This document shows, one piece after another, positions 15,331 through 29,775 of a stretch of 64,000 nt of DNA. The stretch's first letter is position 1; every line of letters starts with the position of its first letter. Below the pieces are notes generated by a model. It did no database searches and had not been told where the DNA came from. It saw only the letters and a list, made by a program, of their open reading frames with translations. The translations under genes were made by a program, and so were the position numbers. Origin of the DNA: Octopus sinensis (Eukaryota). The stretch lies in the NCBI RefSeq assembly GCF_006345805.1, contig NC_043004.1, forward strand, positions 104,780,001 to 104,844,000, in the 5' to 3' direction.

Positions 15331-15749
15331 GTAGAAATAGAACAAACGGAATGATAAAAGGACTTTGGTCTAAAGATGTTTCACAAATCATCAGTATGTA
15401 GCTGAACACTGCAGCGGTATGCGAATCCAATTAGTTATCGGCGCACCATACTGCTGTCAATCACTGTACACTGGACTGAGTTTTGTGAAGTCGAAATATT
15501 GTGTCAGCTTTCCAAATAAACACCTGACAAAGCAAATTCATATAACCTTGAAAACGTAACAGCTGGATTTTCCGCAACTCCCATCAAGATGGTGGCCCTC
15601 AAGACACCTGCTAACATAACAGCTTTATTCGCCTGATAATAGAAGCATTGTCTGTTTTTCATGAAAAAATATTGATAAGACTGTAAATTTGTCAGGTGAT
15701 ATCTGATTAAAATGCGTATAATTTTATTGTTTACGCACACACACACACA

Positions 15750-15837
<88 letters not shown>

Positions 15838-17393
15838 CACATGCATGCATGCAGGTGCATACAAATATATGTATATGTACGGCATCTATGTATGTATGTA
15901 TGTATGTTCTCACATATTTTGACCAGATATTTACAAAGATAAATAAATGCTGAAAATATCTCAAATTCTTTTCCGCATTTACTTTCATTTTTAGTAGTCT
16001 AATTTTATACTACTTCAATGATGAAAATTTGCATATTTTTCTTGAATGTTTTTCCATAGGTTCGTTACAGTATGAAATACGCTCCGTCGCCTTAAAACAA
16101 TCATGAGTCAATATTTTCAAAACTTTTCATATACATTTACACATTGATTTTATAAACTCAAATAAATTCAGAAACTAAATACATAAATAAGCACCATTAC
16201 CCATATATATTTCTTATTTCTTTATTGTCCACAAGGGGTTAAACACAGAGGGGACAAACAAGTACAGACAAACCGATTAAATCGATTACATCGACCCCAG
16301 TGCGTCACTGGTACTTAATTTATCGACCCCGTAAGGATGCTCGGCGGAATTTGAACTCACAACGCCACGGCGTAAGTGAACAACGATCGTCCTGCTGTCT
16401 TCTTTGGCTGGAAAGAGCAGGCAGTTTTTATGTGTCTGGTTGGCTTGATAACAGCGGTTATGTGATGAATGAGACTGAGAGGGTGAAAACAGACACTTTC
16501 CTCCATAGTCAAGCTCTCATCAACTTTCCCAAGTTTCCCTTGAAAAGGAAAATGAGAATGCAGAGGGGAGTGCTGCTCCTCTACCTTCCAGTAAATTTCT
16601 TGAAGGATGAATGTGCAAGACGAGCAGGAATTGAGGGTATGAACCTGCTCAGACCATGCTATTGTACATTGCTCAGAAGCTTCATAGAAGTGCATTCGGC
16701 CTCTTTGCCGAATAAAACATTGAAATTTATTTCATACAACTTATACTTTCTGACGGGACACGAAAGACATGTGAAATAAGGTAAGTTTCGGTAAGTATTC
16801 GCCCAAGCTATGTCTCGTAAATTTTTAATTAATGTGATATTCATGCCTTTCCCAAAAATATCATTTGTGAAAATAAGTGAAGTGATGGCTAACTGAATCC
16901 TTATCAGTCTTCTCAGCTCGTCAAGACAGGCCCTGATGCACAACGGTACTTGTCACTTTGTCCTGAACAATATTATCAGCCAATCTTTATATCAATAATA
17001 TTGGTTTCACATAAACACCGGGTTATTATATGTGTCAGTGTTTGTCAATGAAGTTATTTTTTCTTGTTTTCGGTGGAAGCACGTGTATTTGTGTGAATAG
17101 GTGTGTTTGCAAATGAATATATATGTGTGGACTGTATGTGTGGACTGTATGTGTGCATGTATGTATGTATGTATGTATGTATGTATGTATGTATTATGTA
17201 TGTATGTATGTGTGTGCATGCATGCATGCATGTATGTATGTATGTATGTATGTATGTATGTATGTATGTATGTATGTGTGTGTGTATGTATGTATATATG
17301 CATGTATGTATGTATTCATATATGCATGCATGTACGTATGCATATGCATACAAATAAAACACACACATATATAGATATGCATACACATGTATA

Positions 17394-17435
<42 letters not shown>

Positions 17436-18001
17436 TATATATATATGTGTATATATATGCGTATATATATATACATGAAGAAATGCATACACATATATGT
17501 ATGTTTGTATGTATATATCTACACATAAACATGTAGGCGTGCATGTGAGTACGTGCTTGCATTCATGCTTCTATTTGACTTCATTCTTTATTTTAGTATC
17601 TATAAAAGCAAGTAGTATCGCCAATAAACTACGAAGTAAAACATCATATGGTGTACATACAATTTATTTAATAGCCTTGTTCTTATGTGTGTGGCAGGGT
17701 TTATGCGAAGTTATCTTTTACTGATCTCAGATAAATCTCTCCTTATGATAACGGAGTCAGTTAGACAGCAAAACAATTGGTTCACTACAGAACAAACATA
17801 GATCTGTTTTGACGTCTAGGTGACTTCTTTGTGCTTGGGAAACAAGATGGCTGCCGAGGAATCGTCTGCAGGATAGGTTAATGCAAATATATTTATTGCT
17901 GAAGGCAAAAGTTTATGCTGTTGGGTGATAAAGATCAGAACAAGTAATAATAATAATTTATATTAATAATAATAATAATAATAATAAAAATAATAATAAT
18001 A

Positions 18002-18065
<64 letters not shown>

Positions 18066-18638
18066 GAGAATGAAAAGATGCAGAATGAAGAGGAAACTGT
18101 GTATTTTCAGATCATATTTTTTAGATTACTAACAAAGGAACAAAAGAAAAAAAAAAAGAAAAAACAAATTGAAGGAAAGGGCTATTTGTCGATTAATTCA
18201 ACCCACAAAATTTTAAGAGCGCTACTTATTTCATTGACTCCCCAAGGACAAAAGGCAAAGTCAACCATGTCGGGATTTGAAATTAGGGAGTTAAAAGGGA
18301 AGTAAGACAACAAGGTAATGAAATTTGTCAAACGTTTCACTGAATTTGCCGTCCATCACCGTTCCTGATTAATGAAATTAATAATCATTACTATTTTACT
18401 CGTTTCAGTTATTGGACTGCGGCCATACTGGAGAACAGCCTTGAACGTTTAGTTGAACAGATCGATTCCAGTGCTATTTTAAGTTTGCCACGTGTTCTAC
18501 TTGCTTCTTTTACCGAACCGCTAAGTTACGAGGACATAAACAAACCAACACCGATAACAAGCTGTGGGCGTGAAAAAACACACATACATATCCACCAATA
18601 AGGTGTTGAGCATTCATTCTCATTGTTCGACATTTACG

Positions 18639-18689
<51 letters not shown>

Positions 18690-18708
18690 ATATATATATA
18701 TAATATAT

Positions 18709-18780
<72 letters not shown>

Positions 18781-18783
<3 letters not shown>

Positions 18784-18895
18784 TCATCATCATGGCTCGG
18801 CTTCGCGAGGGAAGATCAGGAAGGCTGTCCACGTTGAGTGCATGCACACTCATGACTGACAAGTCCGATATAAGAAAGGCAGGTCCGTGAGCAGT
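18781..18895 (-). mobile_element. Probable RTE-type LINE 3' terminal fragment with (ATG)n tail
   Basis: Minus strand ends tcttccctcgcgaagccgagcc(atg)n; resemblance to RTE 3' ends is from memory only. Confidence 0.35.
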
Positions 18896-18911
18896 ATATA
18901 TATATATATAT

Positions 18912-19110
18912 ATAGGGAGAATTCACAAAAAAACAAAAGACGAAGACAAGTGGTGTAGACAACAAACAGATGTATTTGTATAACGCTCGGGAAGTGAAAA
19001 AGTATTTAACGTTTCGAGTCTACGCTCTTTCACAGAAAGGAACACAGAAAGAAACAAGTAGACAAAATGAAGAATGTGTAGTGGCTAGCGATCTATCATG
19101 GCGAAGGAAA
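18912..19110 (-). mobile_element. Penelope-like pseudo-LTR fragment with degenerate hammerhead motif
   Basis: Minus strand ttt-ctgtgaa-agag-cgtaga-ctc-gaaacgtt-aaa; same architecture as 60151-60350; abuts (TA)n. Confidence 0.55.
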
Positions 19111-19351
19111 CGACGAGTTTCCGCACACTTTTCTTCACATAATTCCCTCACAAGACACTGGTCGACCCGGGGCTATAGCAAAAGACATTTACCAAAAGTG
19201 CCATGCTATGGGATTGAACCCGAAACCATGTTAATGACACAGCCATGCTTGCGTCTATATTAATCATCTATAATAATAAAAGTGAAATTCTGTCTTTCCG
19301 TCCGAGACCCCTGTATCTCAGCCTACATTTGCTCTACATGGGCATATTATA

Positions 19352-19585
19352 CCTATTTCTTTATTACCCACAAGGGGCTAAACACAGAGGGGACAAACTA
19401 GGACAGACATAGGTATTAAGTCGATTACATTGACTCCAGTGCGTAACTGGTACTTAATTTATCGACCCCGAAAGGATGAAAGACAAAGTCGACCTCGGCG
19501 GAATTTGAACTCACAACGTAACGGCAGACGAAATACCGCTAAGCATTTCGCCCGGCGTGCTAACGTTTCTGCCAGCTCGCCGCCC
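19352..19585 (-). mobile_element. SINE family B, full length, tail type 1
   Basis: Reverse complement of the 6058 and 53805 copies. Confidence 0.9.
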
Positions 19586-20129
19586 TTTATGGAATCAGGA
19601 TGAGCCCGGGATTGAAAATCTGCCCTTCGCCTGGTTCTTGAACATCTAGCATCGGTATCTGATTTAAAAGCATTAGGGTTGCTCTTTCTTACAGGTAAAA
19701 CTTGGCTGATTCACACCATTTGGGTGGCATTTTTTCAGAGATCAAGATGGGGATAAATGGCATTTGCTTCGTTAATTTTACATCGAGATAGAACTTTGGG
19801 ACAAATTGGCCAACAGTTAGAATTCAACTTGGGACTGGAACAATAGAATAACTGCATTACGGAATTAATTCTCGTCTGTCTTTAACCTCTGATCAAACAC
19901 CACCGGGGCATATAGTCCTTATAGACGTATTATAGTCATGCTGTTTGGCTCTCTTTAGTTTTGGGCCGCACAGAGTGCGCGTTTTAATGTAGTTTCTAAT
20001 ATAAGCCACGAAATATGATATCTTTAACGGGGAAAAGGCTCAGTCATTATAGATCTCCCCAATTTTTCAAAATAGATGAGGGTGCTTCTATATGGTCACA
20101 ATGTTTGCAAGAAATAGAAACGAAAACGG

Positions 20130-20945
20130 AAGTTAATTACATCGACCCCTTGATCAACTGATACTTATTTTCTAGACCCCCGAAAGGATGAAAGGTAAAG
20201 TCAAGCACTTCGGCATTTGAACTCAGAACGTAAAGAGCCGGAAGAAACACCGCTAAGCATTTTGTTCGGCGTGGTAACGATTCTGCTAGCCCGCTACTTT
20301 TCCCCTTTATTAATTCTCTCTAATTTTGACAGAAATTTTAGGAGACGTAAGTCGAGTGCATCGACTCAAGTTGAATGCTGGAGTCGATGTTCTACGAGTC
20401 GGTAAAATCGTTGTCCGGCACAGTAACGATTCTGTCAACGCCTCTCCCTCCTTTATTAATGCGATGATAAAAAATAGATTTTGCATCCATATAATTCCTC
20501 TTTCATCACCATGGTGACAAGTTTAAAAAGGTGGAAACCATCTTAATATTTCAAATTTTGGCACTAGGCCAGCAAGTTCGGGAAGGGGTTAAGTCAATTA
20601 CATCGATTCCAGTGCTCAACTGCTATTTATTTTATCGACCCCGAAAAGATGATAGATAAAGTCGACCTCGGCGAATTTGAACTCAGAACCTAAAGACGGT
20701 CGAAATGCCGTTAAGCACTTGGCCCCGAGGGCTAACGACTCTTCTAGCTCACCGCCCTGAAAACCATCTTAATATTATTAAACATGACAAGGATGCTTTA
20801 GCATGTTGGGCAAAATGCTTAGCGGCGTCGCATGCTGGGCAAAATGCTTAGCGGCATTTCGCCTGTCTTTACGTTCTGAGTTCAAATTCGGCCAAAGTCG
20901 ACCTTGTCTTTCATCCTTTCGAGGTCGATAAAATAAGTACTGGAA
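20130..20945. mobile_element. Cluster of three family B SINEs (20130-20295 -, 20552-20758 -, 20790-20945 +)
   Basis: Core motif in each; the middle copy is flanked by the 16-bp direct repeat aaaccatcttaatatt (TSD). Confidence 0.8.
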
Positions 20946-21330
20946 ACCAATATTATCAAACATGGTGATTTATCCACACTCGCACACACCCACTTTCAGT
21001 CTCACAGCCTCGGAAGTCGAGTGGGTTTGACAGTAAGTAACCAGAGAAACACTAGACTTGCAAGATAAAGAATCAGACATGGTGTCTGGTCACTGGTATT
21101 TATTTCTGCACTTGTTTGTTACTCTATGTCCGTCTATTCTGCAGGACCATTAGAACAGGTTATATAGACATAATATCAGAAACAGCTGTAATAGTCACGT
21201 AATAGGGTGCAAGAAAAAGAGAAAAATAGCAAATGAAAAAGTATACGTGAAACATTTTATTTTTATATTAGTGCGCATGTAAGTGACCGTCTTGGTATTT
21301 TTGTGTATATATATGTGTGAGTGTTTATGT

Positions 21331-21367
<37 letters not shown>

Positions 21368-22074
21368 CACACGCATTAATGTTTGCTTTTATGTCGAGTT
21401 ACAATGAAAACAATTTAACATTAAACTGAAGAATTACTCAATACGTTACTTAGAATACATATTTATTATAATTTTACAAGAAGAGGGATGACAGCGACCT
21501 CGAAGTTTTATGCATACATAGCTTTCGTCGGATTGTCAGGGGAAAGCTAACCAGTAAAAACTTCTAAGTCACTGTCAATGCTATTCTTGTAAAAATAATA
21601 TTCTTTCCTACTATATGAACAAGTCTTCAGATTTGCGAGGAAGAAGGATAATTGCTTACATTGACTGCAGTGGTATTTATTTCATCGACCTTGAAAGAAT
21701 GAAAACCAGAGTCGGGTTCGGTGGAATTCGAACTCAGAACATAAAGAGGTACGAAGCATTGTTATTTGCTGAGCCAATAATTCTGCAAGCTTGCTGCCTT
21801 CAGTGCCTACTAACAAGATAACATATTATGTCATAATATAAGAAGTTATCAGGAAGGTCACAAGCGGTACTTGTTGCTGCTTTATAATTTAGCTTATTCA
21901 CATTGACACAGAAATCAACACTGTAAAACGCTACAGCAGAAATTTGATCAGAATCGTCCCTGGCTAATTCAGCATGCATTCGGGTTTTAAATTATTTTAA
22001 TTGTACTCTGGTCAACATTTGCATAAGACATTTGGAACCGTCTAGCTTGACGCCTCTCGAATATTTTCATTCGC

Positions 22075-22125
<51 letters not shown>

Positions 22126-22157
22126 TCTCTTTCTGTCCCATTCTCTGAAACACACGC

Positions 22158-22188
<31 letters not shown>

Positions 22189-22217
22189 CATACATACATA
22201 CATACATGCATACATAC

Positions 22218-22254
<37 letters not shown>

Positions 22255-22678
22255 CATACATACATATGTGTGTATGCGCACACACGCAGACACTCACACA
22301 CTCTCACACGCTGACGTACACACACACACATACAGTGATTCACACACATAGACACACACACACACACATGTAGGGTAAGTCGTTGATGGCCGACTAGACA
22401 GTATGATAGAATATTCGACTACTAAACAAAGAACCGCAAGTTTGCATTCCATCACTGTCGCATTCTGTTTTCTCTTTGAAACACACATGCGTACATACAC
22501 ATATGCACACAAACACACACAGACAGACACACAAATACACACACTAAGACACACATACATACACACACACACACACACAACCTAAATTTCTCTCTCTCTC
22601 TCTCTTTCTCTTTCTCACATACACACTCACGCACGCATGCGCACACACATATTCACACACACATTAAATGTACACAGA

Positions 22679-22757
22679 GTCGTAGATGGCTGAGTGGATA
22701 GACTGTTACAATGTTCGACTGCTAAGCGAAGAAACGCGATTTCGAATCCCATCATCG
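22679..22757 (+). pseudogene. tRNA-Ser(GCT)-like pseudogene or short SINE head
   Basis: A-box gatggctgagtgg; anticodon arm ttcg-actgctaag-cgaa containing ctGCTaa; T-loop ttcgaatccc; A-rich tract downstream; acceptor and D arms degenerate. Confidence 0.5.
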
Positions 22758-23659
22758 CTCTAGAGCCGAATACCGACCAAGGCACTTAATTCTCAAAAAT
22801 AAAAAAAACAAAAAATAAAGTTAGTCCACCTAGTGATAACTAGGTACAGTGATAAGTTCAGCTTATTACTCTGTAAAATGCAGGGGTAGCTTTTAGCATT
22901 AGGTCGTCTTGCGCATTGGGCTTTGTAACGGAGAACATTCCAAGTCCCCAACTCAGTTGTGGCTTTGGCACTCAGAATCTAGCTCTTCTAGGCCTATCTT
23001 ACTTTCGGCTTTCGTTAGGACTTGTCATAAGTGGCATTTCCCTACAACCGTTCTCGTGAAATTCTCCAACCGTTTCTTTAGCGATTACTGATTTTTGCTG
23101 AGCCAAGTTGCTGGCCCGACGCCTAATCCTCCTGCTTCTTCTCCTGGGTTTGAGAGCGGCATTGGCGCAAGAATAGTGTATTCGACAAATGTTTCATTGG
23201 CTAGTGCTAGCGAGAGCTCATGAATGCCGTTAGAAGTTGGGTGCCGCCAGATGGATACTTGCGTGGCTGTTATAGTTGGTAGGCTCCTTATATCAGTTCT
23301 GATCGAGTAGGCCTATAGGCAAAGGTGTCCAGCCATAATCCTTTCTCCAATTTATTATTCGTCAGTCATAATACATCATGGTCGACATTATTTAATGCGT
23401 ACGTCATTTTTTTTCAGGAGGTAGGATATAAATTTAAGGGAATTTTAGTTGTTGTTTCTAGCAGATCGAACGACCACGAAGTAGATCTCAGGTAAATTAG
23501 ATAGATAGATTAACAGACAAACAGACATATCGATAGATAAATAGATAGGTAGATGGACAGGCAAACATACAGACAGACATGCAGGCATGCAGACTGACTG
23601 ACAGACAAACAGACAGACAGATACATAGGCAGACAGACAAGCAGACAGACAGACAGATG

Positions 23660-23757
<98 letters not shown>

Positions 23758-24422
23758 ATGCTAACGATAAGATACGAACAAAAAGGGCGGAACCAAGAAA
23801 ATTTTCTTTGCAATTCCCTCAAGACGCTAATGTTCACCAAGAGCATATTTTTTGTCAAGCATATTTTTTGTACGATGGCAGTTATTTCCCTGCTGTTGTC
23901 ATAGCTATGCCCGTGTTTATAAACAATTGTCAAGTGAACCGTTGCTGTCATTAAATATCCGTCGAATAAACAAGGCAACAGGTAGTTCAAACAACAAACA
24001 AACCTTACTACCATAGTTACGAGTAAACGCAGAAGCAAGTTTATTGGAATCTTTCTCTGTAACAAAACAATTGCGTCAATCGTCTGCTTCACTGATTTAA
24101 TGCATAGGTGAACCTGTTAACGTTTGACGTTGTCGTACAGGTTGTCGGCTGCTTAAAGACTGGGGAGGAGCAGTAGGAGAAGAAGAAAAGTGTGTGTATG
24201 GGAGGGAAATAGTCTGTACCGCGTCTGTACTCACCTTAGCGACTGTATCAGTGCAGATGTTTTGTTGCTGTTTATATGTGTTTGGGTTATTATTGGTATA
24301 TTTCTCTGGCTACCATTGTTTGTTTATTTTCCTCGTCTTAGCTATGCCATTTATTAATCACGACCCTTCTCGACTACTACTTCACTTGTTTTGCAATCTC
24401 TACGTGCAAGAGAAAACACCAC

Positions 24423-24457
<35 letters not shown>

Positions 24458-24540
24458 ACACCACGGTAACAGTTGCAATGCTTTCAAAATCGCATGTAAC
24501 AAGGACTGCAGTTGCTTCAACAGCCAGAAGGGCAACAAAT

Positions 24541-24650
24541 GAAGAAGAAGAAGAAGAAGAAGAAGAAGAAGAAGAAGAAGAAGAAGAAGAAGAAGAAGAA
24601 GAAGAAGAAGAAGAAGAAGAAGAAGAAGAAGAAGAAGAAGAAGAAGAAGA
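24541..24650. repeat. Pure (GAA)n tract, ~36 units
   Basis: Directly visible. Confidence 0.97.
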
Positions 24651-24864
24651 ATGGTAGAGTAGGAGACGAACGAAACAAAAAAAAAAAAGCAAAAAGAAAA
24701 CCGCATTGTTTCTTCAAACAGGTCAATGACCGTTAAAAAATAAATATTTTCAAATGTCTTAAAATTTGTGAATTTAGTGACATTAAGTGTTCTTTTTGTC
24801 ACCTGACTGGTTTCTTGTAACAAACACTCACGCCTCATTTTTCTGTTTATTATTATCCGAAACA

Positions 24865-25275
24865 TTAAGGTGGCGAGCTTGCAAAATCGTTAGCACACCG
24901 AGCAAAATGCTTTGCGGTGTCTCGTCCATCTTTGCTTTTCATCCTTTTGGGCTCGATAAAATAAGTACCAGTTGAACATTGGAGTCGCTGTAATCAAGTT
25001 ACCTCCAACTCCGGATTTGTTAGTTTGAGTCAAAATTTGAATCCATTATTAAAATTAATATTGAAATTTGAAACCATTAGTAACATTAATTCGGCGAGCT
25101 TAGCAGAATCATTGGTACGCCGGAGAAAATGCTGTCTTAACGTTCTGAGTTCAAATTCCGCTAAGGTCGACTTTGCCTTTCGTTCTTTCGAGATCGATGA
25201 AATAGTACCAGTTGCGTACTGGAGTCGATCTAATCGATTGGTCCCCTCCCCAAAAATTTCGGGCCTTGTCCCTAG
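24865..25275 (+). mobile_element. Two tandem family B SINEs, second with tail type 2
   Basis: Core motif in both; second ends ggtcccctccccaaaaatttcgggccttgtccctagagtag. Confidence 0.8.
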
Positions 25276-25677
25276 AGTAGAAAAAAAAAAGAATTTATAG
25301 TTAATCGCCTGTCATTCATCAGCATGTGGTGAATACGCTTAATGTTTTCTTCGGTGGTGACAGTTGCAGGACGTCCAGACCTTGGATAATCTTGAAGAGT
25401 CTCTTTTCTCCTCGTAGATTCAGCTGGCCACTTTTGTAATGTTGATAAAGCTGATGCGTTATCCCCTAATGCGTACCGACAGAATCGTTAGCAATCCAGA
25501 AAAAAGTGTGGCGGCATTTCATCTCGCCTTACGTTCCTAGTCCAGATTCCACAGAGCTTAACTATTCCTCTCATCTTTTAGACTTGCCCTTTCCCTTAAA
25601 ACCTGTTGGCCTGTGTCAAAATTATCTGCAACATTTCTGTGGAGGCAGTGATTGATATTATATTTTTATTTTTTATC

Positions 25678-25912
25678 TTATTTGTTTCAGTCATTTGACT
25701 GCCGCCATGCTGGAGCACCACCTTTAGTCGAACAAATCGACCCCAGGACTTATTCTTTGTAAGCTTAGTTCTTAGTCTATCGGTCTTTCTTGCCGAACCG
25801 CTAAGTGACGGGGACGTAAACACACCAGCATCGGTTGTCAAGCGATGTTGGGGAGGGACAAACGCAGACACCCAAACATATATTCACAAACACACACACA
25901 CACACACACACA

Positions 25913-25972
<60 letters not shown>

Positions 25973-26134
25973 GACGGGCTTCTTTCAGTTTCCGTCTACC
26001 AAATCCACTCACAAGGCTTTGGTCGGCCCGAGGTTATAGTAGAAGACACTTGCCCAAGGTGCCACGCAATGGGACTGAACCCGGAACCATGTGGTTGGTA
26101 AGCAAGCTACCTACCACACAGCCACTCCTGCGCT
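25678..26134 (-). mobile_element. SINE family A, full length
   Basis: Reverse complement of the 57540-57986 copy, with central (CA)n(TA)n. Confidence 0.9.
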
Positions 26135-26415
26135 TATATAATAATAATCAACAATAAAAATCTAATATTATCATTATATACTTTAATTCTACAATGGTTA
26201 TAGATAATGTTCTCGTAGCGTAGCTATGTCGGATTCGACGGGTTCGGACGACCCACCCTGCGCCACTTCATGCAAATATTATTATTTAACATTCATTTAA
26301 ATTTAGCATTTTTCAAAAATTAAATGTCTCCTGATAGATTCATATTAATATTGGAGAACATTCTGGTCGAAATCCTGATTACGCCCATACTCTGTCACGA
26401 TGATAATTTGCATAC

Positions 26416-26464
<49 letters not shown>

Positions 26465-27530
26465 TGTGTGTGTGTATGCATGTGTGTGGGTGTGCGTGCG
26501 CGCGCGTCCGTATTTTGTCATAGAAGGAAGCGTCATTGGTCTGTTGTAACGGTCCTCGAGACTTGTAATTGATAGAAAATGTGATAAGGAGCAGTGGATC
26601 AAAATATTGAGTTATCCTCTGAACGGAAACATGATCAAATACTTCAGGTAACAGTTTGGATTCCACTCAAAAGCATTAAAGAATTTAGTTGTAATGTTAA
26701 ACTGACCAACAAAGGAGACCACCGTAGTAATGGTGTTGAAATCGACAGTACACTATAACCACACGCACTAGTTGATATTTTGGTAAACTATCACCAGTAC
26801 ATGGTTATACTTTACCAGGTTTACGACGTATTCCTTCGATTAAAACCTGTTAAATCTCGCCACAAAACCAATTACTTTGGCATTGAATCTCGAATATATT
26901 TGTTAAACCATAAAGTGACAACTTCATTAAGTGTTTTACAAAATTGTTGTCTTGTCAGGTGAACGTTTAACAATAATAAACGACCTCTTCCGTTTAAATT
27001 CCGAACTCTCTTGAATATTGTTATTAACTATAGTGTTAGCCTGCTATAGTTACATAACGACGAATACGTGTGTACATTTTTAAAATAGTGTTGTACAGGT
27101 GCATAAAGTTAACGTAGAAGAGAATGAAAGGAATATATGAATGAAACGGAGAGCCTCAGTAAATAGAATGAAAAGGAGAGCCTCAGTAAATAGAATGAAA
27201 AAGGAGAACTCCAGTAATATTTTTCACTTGAGTCTTCTTTGCTGAGTGAAAGTCAAAGAAATTACAAATACTAATCAGTCAGACATTATACACTTCCACG
27301 CTTTGTAGTTTTTCTTTTTAATGTTTACGTAGGCGCCTCATTTAGAGTATATCTTTTGTTTTGAATCTGCCTTTTATTGTTGCTAAGGCTGCGTATAAGA
27401 TTTGTAGGTGAAAATACCCATGTGTGAGGACTAAACTATTATATCATTATCTTCAAGCTGCCTGGTGAGACAGTGACACGGAACGTGTTAAGAAATGAAT
27501 CTCTCCAAAGAACTGAATTTATCTATCTAA

Positions 27531-27654
<124 letters not shown>

Positions 27655-28637
27655 TTGACAGGTGGATCAGAAGCAAAAACCTTTTAACCTTTATGATGCA
27701 GTTTTGATAAAATCATAGTAAAATTATAGTAATCGTTATATGCAACATAATGATTTCTTTATAATGTAAGCACTTCACTTTCGATATACTTATAAGAAAA
27801 CATAGAAAGTTCGAACATTAATTCATATTATAAGAGCAAATTTTGATTTTTAAAAAAATCTTCTATATTTCCCTTCCATGAACGGTCTCTGGGCAGTTCA
27901 ATATGCAGTAAAAGAAAATCCCTCTAAAATTACAACCCCAACACGAAGGAAAGGACATTTCACTGACACTGTATTCCTTGATACACAATACAAGACAAGA
28001 TGGTTTTTATTTGAACACCTTTCATCAAACACCGGTTCAATTACGGCTGATCTGGGTCTAAACGACATTATCAACAACAACAGTTGTCTATTGTAAGCAC
28101 ACAGAAGACATTATGTACAAGAGAGCGATTTACTAGCATTCACTGACAATGAAGAATTCAAAGTCCCATGAATGAAGCCTGCAACAGACCTCATTGCAAA
28201 TTCCTGAATGAACTGGCTAAACCATCATTGGCATATCTGGACACATAAATATTCGTTTCCATAGACAGAAGGAATATTTCTTGCCGCTTCCACTGTTGAA
28301 GATCTCCCTTGGAATTCACACAGCTTACAGTCTTATCCAGGGAACGGAATGTCTCATAATGGCTTCATGATGTTAAGTTAAAATTGCAAAGGAAGTTCAG
28401 TGACATTTTCCAGTGATAGAAATGATTAGAGAGAAGGAAAAAATGAAAAAAGAAAGAATTACATTTTATCCTTCTTTCTTGTTTTCTCAGAAAAAAAAAA
28501 ACGAAGGAATAAAGGAAGAAAAGCAAGATACAGTAGGAAAAAAGAAGAAAAGGAAATAGAAGAAAAGATAAAAAAAAAGAATAAAGCATAAAATAGGCAT
28601 GAAAAATAGAGACATAAAAACATAAAAAAAGAAGGAT

Positions 28638-28695
<58 letters not shown>

Positions 28696-28834
28696 AAAAG
28701 GAGTAGAAATGAAGAACAGGGGAAAGAATGGAAGAAAAAAGTAAGGAAAAAAGAACGAAATAGATAGAGTTTGACTGGTTGGCAGGTAGATTGATAAATT
28801 GATAGACAGGGAAAACAAGGAATAAATACTGAGT

Positions 28835-28925
<91 letters not shown>

Positions 28926-28951
28926 TGATGGATATATATATATATATATAT

Positions 28952-28992
<41 letters not shown>

Positions 28993-29526
28993 AAGATAGA
29001 TAGAAAGAAAGAAAAACAAGAAACAATATTGAAAGGTATAAATTAAACAATGAAATCAAGGTATTATAATTTTCAACTAGCAACAAAAAAAAAACCACGC
29101 CTTAAAGTTTTCCTTGTTTGTGGGAAAATTGTTTATATCGTAAAAAGTAAAAGATATAGGAAACGCCATTGACAAAATAAATAGATATATAATTGAACAA
29201 TGGTGGTGAATATTAGGTGGGGTTCTGTCCTCAGAAGCAAGTTCGTGTGAAATGAGAAGGAAAAACAACTTTGAATTGTATTAATATTTTAGTTTTTTAT
29301 TCATAGCACCTACGACATTTCTTAATCGTTATTGACACTGAACTCTGTCTAAGGCGAAAATACTAACTTTTCAAACAATATCCTCCATGTAACTACAAAT
29401 AAACAAAACAAGTTCAGCTAGTAAACATCTTGTACCAGTAACCAACTCGGAAGTCTGTTTCAGGTGATTTTGAATGCCTTTAAAGCTAAAAAGTATTTTT
29501 TTTTATCTCTATAAGAAATGTAATGT

Positions 29527-29775
29527 GGAGACGCGTGGCTTAGTGGTTAGGGTGTCAGCACCATGATCGTAAGATTGTGGTTTCGATTCCTTGACAGGAC
29601 GACGCGTTGTGTTCTTGAGCAAAACACTTCATTTCACGTTGCTCCAGTCCACTCAGCTGGCAAAAATGAGTAACGCTGCGATGGACTGGCGTCCCGTCCA
29701 GCTGGGGAACACATATGCCATAGAAACCGGGAAACTGGGCCCATGAGCCTGGCTAGGCTTTAAAAGGGCGCATTT
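29527..29775 (+). mobile_element. SINE family C with CORE-like and V-domain-like segments
   Basis: tRNA head ggagacgcgtggcttagtggttaggg...gtttcgattcc; ttcttgagcaaaacact; gctgcgatggactggcgtcccgtccag; tail shared with 46448. Confidence 0.82.

Noticed and set aside
16400-16990. ORFs 16300-16779, 16357-16695, 16659-16943 as host exons
   Set aside because: No recognisable domain or coherent splice structure; the first begins inside a SINE. Possibly a decayed TE, but I cannot assign it.
27145-27215. Short ~26-bp tandem repeat (also a ~25-bp direct repeat at 44022-44085)
   Set aside because: Only 2-3 units with no unique spacers; ordinary slippage duplications, not CRISPR-like.
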